Assembly: GCA_017536685.1 (NCBI GenBank)
Contig: JAFXGW010000025.1
Coordinates: forward strand, 2,816 to 66,815
DNA: 64,000 nt
Direction: 5' to 3'
Source of the DNA: Clostridia bacterium
GTDB taxonomy: Bacteria; Bacillota; Clostridia; TANB77; CAG-508
The notes below the pieces were generated by a model. It did not search any database. It was not told where the DNA came from and worked only from the letters and a program-made list of their open reading frames with translations. The position numbers were made by a program, and so were the translations under genes. Of this stretch, positions 31,794 through 41,786 are shown piece by piece (positions within the stretch are counted from its first letter, which is position 1; every line of letters begins with the position of its first letter).

Positions 31794-32870
31794 TTAGTAA
31801 TTTGCGGCTCTTTCAGCTACTGCCTCAATATCCTTGGGTTGATAAATCCAACATGGAACACTGTAACGGCAATATTTCAAGTCAAACCCTTCACTAAATC
31901 CTGTTTTAAGAGCATTGCTACTCCACTTACCAAAATTATAGATATTAGGGTCATGCACTAAAAGCTTATCGTCCTCTGTAATACCGTAATAGACAATATA
32001 GTGACCACCATCAGTAAAAATAGTATTACTTTTTACCAAAGCAATAACGATACAGCCTTCTCTCAGTGCTTCCTCTACTTCAGACCAGCAATGAGACTTT
32101 GTTACTTCTAGACCATAATCTTCTGCCGATTGGCTGAATAATTCATAGTCGGATCCATGTTCGGTATTATACCGCCCATACTGTTCTGCAAGTTCATCAG
32201 GTCTGATTTCACAGTCAAGTAAATAGCTGTATACCATTGCACAGCTTGCAATACCACAACCGTGACTAGAAACTGTACCATGTCTACCATAGTTAGTTTT
32301 GGGATAGCTCTGTTGCAGATAGTGAGGTACATGAGTAATTTTCTCAACATATCCACTTTCGCTTACAAGAGGTTCTCTCTTCAAGAGATTTGCGGGAATT
32401 GTATAAGGCTGATTCTTGAATTCATAAATTCTGGTACCATTCTCTAATTCCTCAACAAATGTAATCGCTTGAGGATCATCCTCCGCAATCGCTTTGGTTG
32501 CGGAAGTCTGAGCTTCGCTCAGTAAATCCGCCAAACATTTTTCTTCGACCGTGCTCTCATCTTCAGAAACTGTTTCATCAGAATTAACATTCAAAAGAGT
32601 TACTGGGAGAGTTGCTTTAGAAACATTCTCTGCTACTTCGACCGTTCCACTTTCAAGGATATTGTCCATATTAGTTTCTGATTCGGCATAGCATTCTACC
32701 GTTTCCGTGTTCGTACTGGGATTGATTTCGGTTTCCGTGACTTCTGCAATCACCAATTGTTTTTCAATCGCATCAGACACAGTTGCACCTGCAATAATTG
32801 TAGCCGAGGCCAGGACTGTGATAACCAACATCACAGATGTCCAAAAACCTACAAACCGTCTACGCCACAT
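31794..32870 (-). CDS. Secreted or anchored C39-like (papain-fold) peptidase
   Basis: Signal/TM, acidic linker, Q...GCGIASCAM...GHYIV...HDP catalytic motifs; RBS ggagg. Confidence 0.82.
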   Translation of the reverse strand: MWRRRFVGFWTSVMLVITVLASATIIAGATVSDAIEKQLVIAEVTETEINPSTNTETVECYAESETNMDNILESGTVEVAENVSKATLPVTLLNVNSDETVSEDESTVEEKCLADLLSEAQTSATKAIAEDDPQAITFVEELENGTRIYEFKNQPYTIPANLLKREPLVSESGYVEKITHVPHYLQQSYPKTNYGRHGTVSSHGCGIASCAMVYSYLLDCEIRPDELAEQYGRYNTEHGSDYELFSQSAEDYGLEVTKSHCWSEVEEALREGCIVIALVKSNTIFTDGGHYIVYYGITEDDKLLVHDPNIYNFGKWSSNALKTGFSEGFDLKYCRYSVPCWIYQPKDIEAVAERAANY

Positions 32871-32925
32871 AAAAATACCTCCTGCCATTAGGCAAATAAT
32901 TTTTAGCATAAAGCTTTCCAATTAT

Positions 32926-32954
32926 ATTATAACATATATCATATTTTTTTTCAA
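32926..32954 (-). promoter_or_regulatory. Sigma-A promoter of the C39 gene
   Basis: TTGAAA-N17-TATAAT with TGn. Confidence 0.7.
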
Positions 32955-33098
32955 ACAACTCAAATTTTTCACCCAAACTGTCATTCTATATTTATAATTT
33001 AACATTCTTTTATTTTTATAATTTTTAACATTTATTGATTTGCAAAAAAATATTGACTAACTAATAAAAATATGTTATAAATAAATAGCTGACCAATT

Positions 33099-33173
33099 GG
33101 CCCCTTGGTCAAGCGGCTAAGACGCCACCCTCTCAAGGTGGAATCATGGGTTCGATTCCCGTAGGGGTCACCA
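33099..33173 (+). tRNA. tRNA-Glu (anticodon CTC)
   Basis: GGCCCCT/AGGGGTC acceptor stem, CCACC-ctCTCaa-GGTGG anticodon arm, GGTTCGATTCC T-arm, encoded CCA. Confidence 0.96.
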
Positions 33174-33339
33174 TAGAAAAAGATATAACAAAAAAGTTAT
33201 ATCTTTTTTTTTATTTCTTAAATATTAAAGGGAATCGAAAAGGAGGATTAGAAAAAGGTTCGGTGAATCTTTTTCCCGACGCGGCTTGGATTCCCGTAGG
33301 GGGTCACCATAAAATAAGATATAACTTCTTGTTATATCT
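33154..33339 (+). repeat. Direct repeat of tRNA 3' end plus terminator (33154-33204 / 33289-33339)
   Basis: gattcccgtagggg(g)tcacca then ta..aa.aagatataac-N-gttatatct occurs twice, 135 bp apart. Confidence 0.9.
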
Positions 33340-33402
33340 TATTTTTTATTTTTCATTAATTGTTTATAAAATCCAAATTATACTCTTTAAAACCGCTCAA
33401 AA

Positions 33403-33431
33403 TTGACTCTTTCTCAAATCCATGCTATAAT
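33403..33431 (+). promoter_or_regulatory. Sigma-A promoter of the 33471 gene
   Basis: TTGACT-N17-TATAAT with TGn. Confidence 0.75.
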
Positions 33432-33470
33432 AAGTTCCTACAAAATAGAATTATAAAGGGTGGTTTTAAA

Positions 33471-33917
33471 ATGTCAACAAATAAATTCGTTCTTTTTTTC
33501 ACTGATGCAACATTCCGGAAAAAAATGTTACAACAATTAAAATTTCGTTTTATGCTACTTCCTGGAATCCGGCATGTTGTCTCATGGTGGTTTGCTTTCA
33601 CTTTTGTGATGAAAACTAAAGATTTGGATAGATGGCAACAACACGTTGCTAGAAAAAATCTTGAAAGATCTACCAAACAAACAACTTTCATCTGCGCACT
33701 TATTCGGCTTAGCGGATGTATCTCAGCAACTGATGAGTATCGCGATACCAATGAGTTCCTATTAGCCAAAAGTGAGGTTCTCTCGTGTGAATATTGGCGG
33801 GAAGTTCCGGAACTCTTCGATTTAAAAGCTTGGATAGAATCCATTGGACCAGAAGAAAGAAATAACGAACCTCTTCAAAATTTTTTCGAAAAATATTTAA
33901 ACCAGCATAGACCCTAA
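33471..33917 (+). CDS. Hypothetical protein (148 aa), GC-richer than host
   Basis: ATG after aagggtgg, own promoter and terminator; no motif recognised. Confidence 0.6.
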   Translation: MSTNKFVLFFTDATFRKKMLQQLKFRFMLLPGIRHVVSWWFAFTFVMKTKDLDRWQQHVARKNLERSTKQTTFICALIRLSGCISATDEYRDTNEFLLAKSEVLSCEYWREVPELFDLKAWIESIGPEERNNEPLQNFFEKYLNQHRP

Positions 33918-33921
33918 TACG

Positions 33922-33960
33922 AAAGCACATGAATAGCGAATTTGCTATTCATGTGCTTTT
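33922..33960 (+). terminator. Perfect 16-bp-stem terminator
   Basis: aaagcacatgaatagc-gaattt-gctattcatgtgcttt. Confidence 0.85.
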
Positions 33961-34162
33961 ACTTTTATAATTAATTCACTGTGAGCATCCAAAAAGTTCG
34001 AAGATGTTTGTTTTAAAATACTTTTTTTATGTAAATATGACAAAGCCTTTTAATACTATTTTCAATATTTTGAAATAATTGCAAATTTTCTTTTTTTGTA
34101 ATAAAATAGTACAGAAATATTTTAATTAAAATATTCTGTTTATACCTTTTGGGAGGTAAAAA

Positions 34163-35185
34163 ATGAAAAATTTTAAAATTGCCATAGTTGGTGCAACAGG
34201 GCTTGTTGGTATCTCTGTTTTAAAAGTATTAGAAGAAAAAAAATTACCAATAGAAAAATACAGCTTATTCGCTACAAAAAATTCAGCTGGAAAAAAACTT
34301 TCAATTCTTGGAAATGATTATATCGTCGAAGAATTAACAGAACAATCTTTTGATGAAGGCTTTGATTTTGCAATATTTGCAGCAGGTGGAGAAATTTCAG
34401 AAAAATATGCTCCTATCGCAAGTAAAAAAGGCTGCATCGTTATCGATAATAGTAGTTATTTTCGTATGCATGAAGATGTTCCTTTAGTAGTTCCTGAAGT
34501 AAATTTCGAAGATGTTTATTCTAATAAAGGAATTATTGCAAATCCAAACTGTTCTACAATTCAAGCAATGCTTCCTTTAAAAGCATTAGATGATAAATAT
34601 ACAATCAAAAGAATTGTATATTCAACATATCAAGCTGTATCTGGTGCTGGAAAGGATGCTTTATTAGATTTAGAAAATATAGATAATTCTAAACCTTTAA
34701 AAAAATTTCCTCACCCTATTTATAATAATTGTCTCCCTCATATTGATAGTTTTACAGAAAATGGTTATACAAAAGAAGAAATTAAAATGATAAATGAAAC
34801 AAGAAAAATTCTGCACAAACCAGATTTAAAAATAACCGCAACTACTGTTAGGGTTCCAATTACTAATTCTCATTCGGAATCTATAAATGTTGAATTTGAA
34901 AATGATTTTGAAATAGATGAATTGATTTCTACCTTAAAAAATTTTCCAAATATTGTTTTAGTAGATGACATTTCTTCAAATTCATATCCCATGCCAATTA
35001 TTGCAACAGGACATGATGAAGTATTTGTAGGAAGAATTCGTCGTGACTTTAGTGTTGAATCAGGTGTAAATCTTTGGGTTGTTGCTGATAATATTAGAAA
35101 AGGAGCGGCAAGTAATGCTGTTCAAATACTTGAAGGTTTAATTAACAATATAAATAACGGAGGAACTGTAAATGGACAAAATTAA
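34163..35185 (+). CDS. asd: Aspartate-semialdehyde dehydrogenase
   Basis: VGATGLVG, ANPNCSTIQ, STYQAVSGAG, DNIRKGAA. Confidence 0.97.
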   Translation: MKNFKIAIVGATGLVGISVLKVLEEKKLPIEKYSLFATKNSAGKKLSILGNDYIVEELTEQSFDEGFDFAIFAAGGEISEKYAPIASKKGCIVIDNSSYFRMHEDVPLVVPEVNFEDVYSNKGIIANPNCSTIQAMLPLKALDDKYTIKRIVYSTYQAVSGAGKDALLDLENIDNSKPLKKFPHPIYNNCLPHIDSFTENGYTKEEIKMINETRKILHKPDLKITATTVRVPITNSHSESINVEFENDFEIDELISTLKNFPNIVLVDDISSNSYPMPIIATGHDEVFVGRIRRDFSVESGVNLWVVADNIRKGAASNAVQILEGLINNINNGGTVNGQN

Positions 35186-36158
35186 GGTTGGAATCTATGG
35201 TTATGGCAACTTAGGAAAAGGTGTTGAATTAGCTATTTCTAACAATCCAGATATGGAACTTGTTGGAATTTTTACTAGAAGAAATCCCTCTTCTATTTCA
35301 CCACTTTTTAAAACTTCAAAAGTATTTTCTACAGATGATGTTTTAAAAATGAAAGATAAAATTAATGTAATGATTTTATGTGGTGGTTCTGCAACAGACC
35401 TTCCTATGCAAGCACCAGAACTTGCCAATAATTTTAATATTATTGATAGCTATGACACTCATGCAAAAATCCCTGAATATTTTTCTAAAATAGATGAAAT
35501 TTCAAAAAATGCAAATACACTATCTTTAATTTCTTGTGGTTGGGATCCAGGATTATTTTCTTTAAATCGTTGTTTATTTGAGTCTATTCTACCTAACGGT
35601 GAAAATTATGTATTTTATGGAAAAGGATTAAGTCAAGGTCATTCTGACGCTATCAGAAGAATTTCTGGAGTAAAAAATGCAGTCCAATATACCGTTCCTT
35701 ATGATGAATCTGTTGAATCTGTAAGAACAGGCAAAAATCCGCACTTTCCTTCTGTTCGTGAAGTTATGTGGAGGGAATGTTTTGTTGTTTTAGAAGATGG
35801 TGCAAATCCGAAAAAAATAGAAAAAGAAATTAAGGAAATGCCAAATTATTTTGAACCTTATAACACAGTTGTGCATTTCATTTCTGAAAAAGAATTAAAA
35901 GAAAAACATTCTGGAATGCCTCATGGTGGATTTGTTTTAAGAAGCGGAAAAACAAGTGACTCTGTAAATCAAATTGCTGAATTTTCTTTAAAATTAGATT
36001 CAAATCCTGAATTTACTGCTAGTGTTTTAGTAGCCTATTCTAGAGCACTCTATAGACTGAAAAAACAAGGATTAACAGGTGCTATTACAGTTTTAGATGT
36101 TCCTTTCTCATTTCTTTCTACAAAATCAAGAAATGAATTATTAAAAGAAATTTTATAA
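35172..36158 (+). CDS. ddh: meso-Diaminopimelate D-dehydrogenase
   Basis: GYGNLG, CGGSATDL, DSYDTH, GWDPG, SQGHSDA, NPEFT. Confidence 0.95.
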   Translation: MDKIKVGIYGYGNLGKGVELAISNNPDMELVGIFTRRNPSSISPLFKTSKVFSTDDVLKMKDKINVMILCGGSATDLPMQAPELANNFNIIDSYDTHAKIPEYFSKIDEISKNANTLSLISCGWDPGLFSLNRCLFESILPNGENYVFYGKGLSQGHSDAIRRISGVKNAVQYTVPYDESVESVRTGKNPHFPSVREVMWRECFVVLEDGANPKKIEKEIKEMPNYFEPYNTVVHFISEKELKEKHSGMPHGGFVLRSGKTSDSVNQIAEFSLKLDSNPEFTASVLVAYSRALYRLKKQGLTGAITVLDVPFSFLSTKSRNELLKEIL

Positions 36159-36197
36159 ATATAGAAATTATATTGAGCAAGAATAATTAAATATAAA

Positions 36198-36258
36198 AAA
36201 AAGACATATTTCAATGAAATGAACCCCAAAAAGTTCATCAAACAAAATATGTCTTTAT
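36198..36258. terminator. Long hairpin between convergent ddh and dapB
   Basis: aaagacatattt ... aaatatgtcttt with inner atgaac/gttcat stem. Confidence 0.6.
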
Positions 36259-36322
36259 ATTTTATTAAGATTAATATTTATATTTTTTCTTATGATTTTT
36301 CTTTTCGCAAACTATATATCTA

Positions 36323-37072
36323 TTAATTATTAACTAAATTTTTCATATCATATAATCCATTTTCTTGACTTACAATAAAACTTGCAGATTTTAAAGCACC
36401 CTCTGCAAACACTTGTCTTGAATATGATTTATGAGTAATTTCTAAAGTTTCATTTTCAGAAAAAAATTGTACCGTATGCTCTCCTACAATATTTCCTCCT
36501 CTTATTGCAGAAAATCCTATTTCTTTTGGATTTCTTTTTTCTCTTTTATTCATTCTATCAAAATTATATTCTTTTTCATTATTAAATACTTCATTAATTG
36601 CATCTGCTAAAAGAATTGCTGTTCCACTAGGACTATCTATTTTTTTATTGTGATGAGTTTCAATTATTTCTATGTCGTTATCTTTTAAAACTTCTGCAAC
36701 TTTTTGAACTATACTTGCCATAAGATTTATATCTAATGACATATTTGAACTTCTAAATATTGGTAATTGTTTTGAAATTTCTTTTATTTTTTCTAACTCT
36801 TGCTCTGAAAATCCTGTTGTTGCAACTACTGTTGGAATCCTGTTTTCTTTTGCATATTTTAATATTTCAAAAGTTGCGCTAGGTACTGAAAAATCTATAA
36901 TTACATCAACATTTTCTTTTATATTTTGTATTTTATTATAAATAGGAAATTCTCCATTTAGATTTTCTTCTCTATCAAATCCACAAACTATATTCATATT
37001 GTCTAAATTTCTTGAAGCAATTATTACTTCCTTCCCCATTCTTCCATTTGCACCATTTAATAATATATTCAT
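36323..37072 (-). CDS. dapB: 4-hydroxy-tetrahydrodipicolinate reductase
   Basis: GANGRMG, IDFS, ATTG, ETHHNKKIDSPSGTA. Confidence 0.97.
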   Translation of the reverse strand: MNILLNGANGRMGKEVIIASRNLDNMNIVCGFDREENLNGEFPIYNKIQNIKENVDVIIDFSVPSATFEILKYAKENRIPTVVATTGFSEQELEKIKEISKQLPIFRSSNMSLDINLMASIVQKVAEVLKDNDIEIIETHHNKKIDSPSGTAILLADAINEVFNNEKEYNFDRMNKREKRNPKEIGFSAIRGGNIVGEHTVQFFSENETLEITHKSYSRQVFAEGALKSASFIVSQENGLYDMKNLVNN

Positions 37073-37178
37073 AGTTTTTCTCCTTATAAATATTCTTATT
37101 ACTATTTAATATTTAATATCTAATATTTTTATTTTGATCACTTTTTATTTTCTTGATAGCTTTATTCATTTCTAAAGT

Positions 37179-38063
37179 TTAAATTAAATTATGTTTTTTC
37201 ATAACTTCTTTCATTAATTCTTTGTTTTTATTTGATAATTCTACTAACGGTAATCTTGGAGTTCCAAAATCAAATCCCATTAAATTTAAAGAATATTTTA
37301 CAGGAATTGGATTTACTTCCACAAATAATGCATCTGTTAAATCAATAACATCTAATTGCATTTTTGTTGCTTCCTCTAATTCACCTTCAAAATATTTTTT
37401 AGTCATATCATGAGTATATTTAGGCATAACATTTGATAAAACTGATATAACCCCTTTTCCACCTAAAGAAAGTACAGGTATAATTTGGTCATCATTCCCT
37501 GAATATATTGCTAAATCATCTCTACATAAACTTGCAATTTTTGCAACTTGAGATAAATTGCCACTGGCTTCTTTTATAGCAACAATATTTTCTATTTTAG
37601 AAAGCTCTTTGCAAGTTTCTGGTAAAATATTAACTCCAGTTCTTCCAGGTACACTATACATAATAATTGGTAAATTAACAGCTTTTGCTATTTCCGTATA
37701 ATGAGCAATTAAACCAGCTTGTGTGGTTTTATTATAATAAGGTGTTACAACTAAAATACCATCAGCACCAGCACTTTCGGCAAATTTAGACATTTCTATT
37801 GCAGCAGTTGTATTATTGCTTCCAGTTCCAACTATTACTTTCGTTCTTCCTTTAGCTACATTTATTGCAAATTTTATTGTTTCTTTTTTCTCTTCTTCTG
37901 TCATTGTTGAAGCTTCTCCTGTTGTACCACACACGATTATTGCATCAACTTCATTTTCTATTTGAAATTCTATTAATTTTCTAAATTCTTCAAAATTAAC
38001 TCCTGTTTCTGTAAATGGTGTTACAATTGCAGTTCCACAACCTTCGAATATTATCTCTTTCAT
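37179..38063 (-). CDS. dapA: 4-hydroxy-tetrahydrodipicolinate synthase
   Basis: GTTGE, TPYYNK, IKEASG, SGND. Confidence 0.97.
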   Translation of the reverse strand: MKEIIFEGCGTAIVTPFTETGVNFEEFRKLIEFQIENEVDAIIVCGTTGEASTMTEEEKKETIKFAINVAKGRTKVIVGTGSNNTTAAIEMSKFAESAGADGILVVTPYYNKTTQAGLIAHYTEIAKAVNLPIIMYSVPGRTGVNILPETCKELSKIENIVAIKEASGNLSQVAKIASLCRDDLAIYSGNDDQIIPVLSLGGKGVISVLSNVMPKYTHDMTKKYFEGELEEATKMQLDVIDLTDALFVEVNPIPVKYSLNLMGFDFGTPRLPLVELSNKNKELMKEVMKKHNLI

Positions 38064-38171
38064 ATATTTTTATATGATATAAAATTCTTAGTACCTATCT
38101 AATTTAGTAATTCATAATTTTTCAATTATAATTATAATATATTTTAAATTTTATACCATATCTCCTTTCTT

Positions 38172-39338
38172 TTAGTTAATTAACTCTTTATGCAAAATTT
38201 CAAGAACTTTATTTTCTAATTCTTTTGCAATTATTTCAATTTTACTTTGAGTTAAATTTATATTTTCTATTTCTATTTTATTATCCTTTAAAACTCTTAT
38301 TATTTTATTTAATATTGTATTATCTTGAATTATTCCATATCCAACAACACTTAATTTTATAACCACTTTTCTATCTATTTTACAATTTGGATATTTTCTT
38401 TCTATAAGTTCTAATACCTTTGTTTCTTCTGCTTTTTTTATTATAAATTTTATAAAATTTTCATTTGCATTAAAACTTTCTACAATTATATTCGCAGCTA
38501 ATAATTCTTGATAAATCTCAACCTCTTCTACTTTATTCTGAAACTCTAAATTAATTTGAATCAATTTATCATTTCTCACTATGCTTTTCACTTCAGAAGT
38601 TTCAATCCCTCTGCAAACTCTAGTTCCACCTTCATTTGAAAATGTTGATTTAGCAATAATATTACAATCAAATTTTTTACCAATTTGCACACATCTATTA
38701 TGTAATACTTTTGCTCCAGCATCCGCAATTTCTTGCATTTCATCAAAGGATATTTCGTTTAATCTTTTTGCCATTGTTATCATATTTGGATCTGCTGAAT
38801 AAATTCCATCAACATCAGAAAATATATAACACTTCTCTGCATTTAGTGCTGCTTGCAGAGCAACTGCTGAGGTATCTGACCCTCCTCTTCCAAGAGTTGT
38901 AATATCTCCATCTTCTGTAATTCCTTGAAATCCCGTTACTACAACAATTTTTCCTTCTTTTAATTCTTTTTCAATTCTTTGTGTTTGAATTTTTTCAATT
39001 TTTGCGCTTTGATGTATATTATTTGTTATTATTCCAGCCTGCCATCCTGTTAAAGAAATAGCTTTATGCCCCATTCTATTTAATAATATACTTAATTTTG
39101 CTGAAGTTATTTGCTCTCCTGTTGATAGAAGCATATCCATTTCTCTTTCATTTGGAATTGCAGATAACTCTTGGGCCTCTTTTATTAGCCCATCTGTTGT
39201 TTTTCCCTGTGCAGAAACAACAACAACGATACTTTTGGCCTCCTTTTTAAGACTAATGATTTTTTCAGCAACAACATTTAATTTTATATTGTCTGCTACG
39301 GAGCTCCCTCCAAATTTTAATACTATTATTGTGTCCAT
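38172..39338 (-). CDS. lysC: Aspartate kinase
   Basis: KFGGSS, VVVVSAQG, TTLGRGGSD, DVDGIYSADP. Confidence 0.93.
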   Translation of the reverse strand: MDTIIVLKFGGSSVADNIKLNVVAEKIISLKKEAKSIVVVVSAQGKTTDGLIKEAQELSAIPNEREMDMLLSTGEQITSAKLSILLNRMGHKAISLTGWQAGIITNNIHQSAKIEKIQTQRIEKELKEGKIVVVTGFQGITEDGDITTLGRGGSDTSAVALQAALNAEKCYIFSDVDGIYSADPNMITMAKRLNEISFDEMQEIADAGAKVLHNRCVQIGKKFDCNIIAKSTFSNEGGTRVCRGIETSEVKSIVRNDKLIQINLEFQNKVEEVEIYQELLAANIIVESFNANENFIKFIIKKAEETKVLELIERKYPNCKIDRKVVIKLSVVGYGIIQDNTILNKIIRVLKDNKIEIENINLTQSKIEIIAKELENKVLEILHKELIN

Positions 39339-39710
39339 ATTTTTGTCACACCCTTAAGCTTTAAAAACATTATCTAATTATAGACAATATTATATTCTAT
39401 TTAGTTATTATAGTATATGTTTAGCTTAATTTCAATGATTCCATCAAAGTTAATCATTAAAATTTTACATCTACATATACTATTTGTTTTTTTATTTGTT
39501 CTAAAACTTCTTAATTTAAATGTTTCGTATCTTTTATAATCAACATCATTGATAAAACTAAATATATCAATTGGCTTTATTCACTATAGAATATTATATG
39601 CTTATTTAAAAAAAATACCTCTAGTTGCTAAAATTTTGTTTTAACAATTAGAGGTACTTTTTTGATAAGTCTTATTAAATATTATATTATCTAATTTCAT
39701 ATTTTCATTT

Positions 39711-40130
39711 TTATTGTAATTTTTCGCAATTATATTGATCTATACACATATTCAAAACTTCTTCTAATCTTTTATCTTGTTTTGTTAAATATAAATAACC
39801 AATTAAAGCTTCAAATCCTGTTGATTGACTATAATCAGCAATATTAGCATTTTTTGCAACATGATGATTTTCTGTATTTCTTCCTCTTCTTACAACATCT
39901 TTTTCATCATCTGTTAAATTATCTTGAATTTTTTTTAGAATATCAGCCTGTGCTTTGGCTTTAACATATTTTATTGATTCTATATGTAATTTATGAGGTT
40001 TAGCATTTGATTTATTCGTTAGTTCTGTTCTAACAAATAGTTCATATACACTATCACCAATATATGCCCAAACAAGTGGAGAAAGCAATCTTGCTTCATT
40101 TATATCTTTTTCCCTTTTTATAAATTCCAT
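39711..40130 (-). CDS. mrnC: Mini-ribonuclease III
   Basis: AYIGDSVYE, VRRGRN, STGFEALIGYLY. Confidence 0.93.
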   Translation of the reverse strand: MEFIKREKDINEARLLSPLVWAYIGDSVYELFVRTELTNKSNAKPHKLHIESIKYVKAKAQADILKKIQDNLTDDEKDVVRRGRNTENHHVAKNANIADYSQSTGFEALIGYLYLTKQDKRLEEVLNMCIDQYNCEKLQ

Positions 40131-40131
40131 T

Positions 40132-41034
40132 TTATTTTGGCTCCTCTAAACTTATTTTACCTATTTTACAATTTCTAAAATCATCTAAAATAATTCTAGC
40201 AACTTTTTCGTCATCTGTATTTCCACCAGAAACAATGGCACCTCTTTTTCTAGCTATTAATTGCATCAACTCATATATAGGATTCATTTTTTCATTAATT
40301 TCTATGAATTGTTCATCTGTTATTTTATATCTTTCTTGTAAATTTGTTTTATACTTTGTATATAAAACTTTTAATAGTTCATAAGCAATTTCCGTTCTTT
40401 CTAAAATATCATCTTTTATTGTTCCGGTAAATGCTAAATTCAAAGCAACTTCATTAGACTCGAATTTGGGCCACAACACTCCTGGAGTATCTAAAAGCTC
40501 TTGATTTTTACCAATTCTTATCCATTGCTTTGACCTTGTTATTCCAGGCCTATTTCCGACTTCTGTAGAATTCTTTTTTGAAATTCTATTTATAAATGAT
40601 GATTTTCCAACATTTGGAATTCCAAGTATCATTACTCTTATTGTTTTATTTATTCTTCCTCTTGCAGCTTGTTTAGCAATTTCTTCTGTCATTATATTTT
40701 CAATTTCTTTAGAAACTTTTTCTATACCTTTACCTGAATTCGAATCAGTTAATATAGTTGGTGCTTCTTTTGAGAAATAATTCACCCATTTATTATTTGA
40801 AGCTTCATTTGCTAAATCACATTTATTAAGAAGTATAATTCTTTTTTTATTTCTTGTTATCCTTTTTATATCTGGATTTCTGCTAGAATTTGGTATTCTT
40901 GCATCTAATAATTCAATTACAACATCTATTATTTTCAAATCTTCTTCTATCTGCCTTCTAGTCTTTGCCATATGCCCTGGAAACCAGTTTATATTAGTAG
41001 ATGACAAACTTTTTTGTTCCTCTTTACTTGACAT
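40132..41034 (-). CDS. rbgA: Ribosome biogenesis GTPase A
   Basis: INWFPGHM, DARIP, GIPNVGKSS, DTPG. Confidence 0.96.
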   Translation of the reverse strand: MSSKEEQKSLSSTNINWFPGHMAKTRRQIEEDLKIIDVVIELLDARIPNSSRNPDIKRITRNKKRIILLNKCDLANEASNNKWVNYFSKEAPTILTDSNSGKGIEKVSKEIENIMTEEIAKQAARGRINKTIRVMILGIPNVGKSSFINRISKKNSTEVGNRPGITRSKQWIRIGKNQELLDTPGVLWPKFESNEVALNLAFTGTIKDDILERTEIAYELLKVLYTKYKTNLQERYKITDEQFIEINEKMNPIYELMQLIARKRGAIVSGGNTDDEKVARIILDDFRNCKIGKISLEEPK

Positions 41035-41120
41035 TTCATCACATCCTTTTTTAGAAATAATAACTATTTATATCATCAAAATTAATATATATGTTTTTGT
41101 TACTTCAAAAAATAAATTTT

Positions 41121-41597
41121 CTATCTGTTTATCTTATATTGATTTCTATCAGCTCTTTCATCAAAATCTCTATCAAAAGCTTCGTTTTTGTAAAACCAAT
41201 CACCTTTTTTATTATCTTTTCCCATAGATCTATTTTTGTTAAATAGTATATCTAAAAAAGTTAGCAATGGTATTATTACACCAACTATAATACATAACAT
41301 ATTAGAACTATTTACTAAATCTAATCCAGTTGCTTGTACTCCAAGAATTGTTTCATATAGTGCTGTTCCAAAATATGTAACATATATTCCTAAATAAGCT
41401 GCAGCTCCAACAATATTTCTTTTTACAACCAATAATATACAAGGTAATGTCAAAAACAAAACAGTAATTTCTGCAGTCAAATTTATTGGTTGGGCAAAAA
41501 AATCCATATCTAATTGATATAGTAATGTTACAATTACTCTAAAAAACCAATAAGCAATTCCAAAAAAAGTTAATAAATAACTAAATAAACTTGTCAT
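41121..41597 (-). CDS. Hypothetical membrane protein (about 4 TM)
   Basis: Hydrophobic segments, RBS ggaggt. Confidence 0.7.
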   Translation of the reverse strand: MTSLFSYLLTFFGIAYWFFRVIVTLLYQLDMDFFAQPINLTAEITVLFLTLPCILLVVKRNIVGAAAYLGIYVTYFGTALYETILGVQATGLDLVNSSNMLCIIVGVIIPLLTFLDILFNKNRSMGKDNKKGDWFYKNEAFDRDFDERADRNQYKINR

Positions 41598-41786
41598 AAG
41601 TACCTCCTAATATTAAACATATTTAAGATTTTATGAAAAATATAAAATCTAATTGTTTTAATCATCTTATACACAAAATTTTAGCACAAATTTACATAAA
41701 TTTCAACAAGTATTATAAAAACAAAAAAAGAGCATTTCTGAAGTAAACAACTTTATGCTTACTTCATTACATGCTCATTTCTAATC

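Noticed and set aside
33146-33470. ORF at 33146-33406 and the N-terminal extension of the 33360 ORF
   Set aside because: They overlap the tRNA, its repeat and a promoter; the supported start is ATG 33471
33174-33960. Intact prophage or genomic island at tRNA-Glu
   Set aside because: No integrase or phage genes; the two att-like copies are only 135 bp apart
33960-34160. Lysine riboswitch upstream of asd (also checked upstream of lysC)
   Set aside because: No recognisable L-box motifs; leaders are short and AT-rich
39420-39590. Stop-free minus-strand stretch of about 59 codons between mrnC and lysC
   Set aside because: No start codon with an RBS and no recognisable motif; at most an unidentifiable remnant
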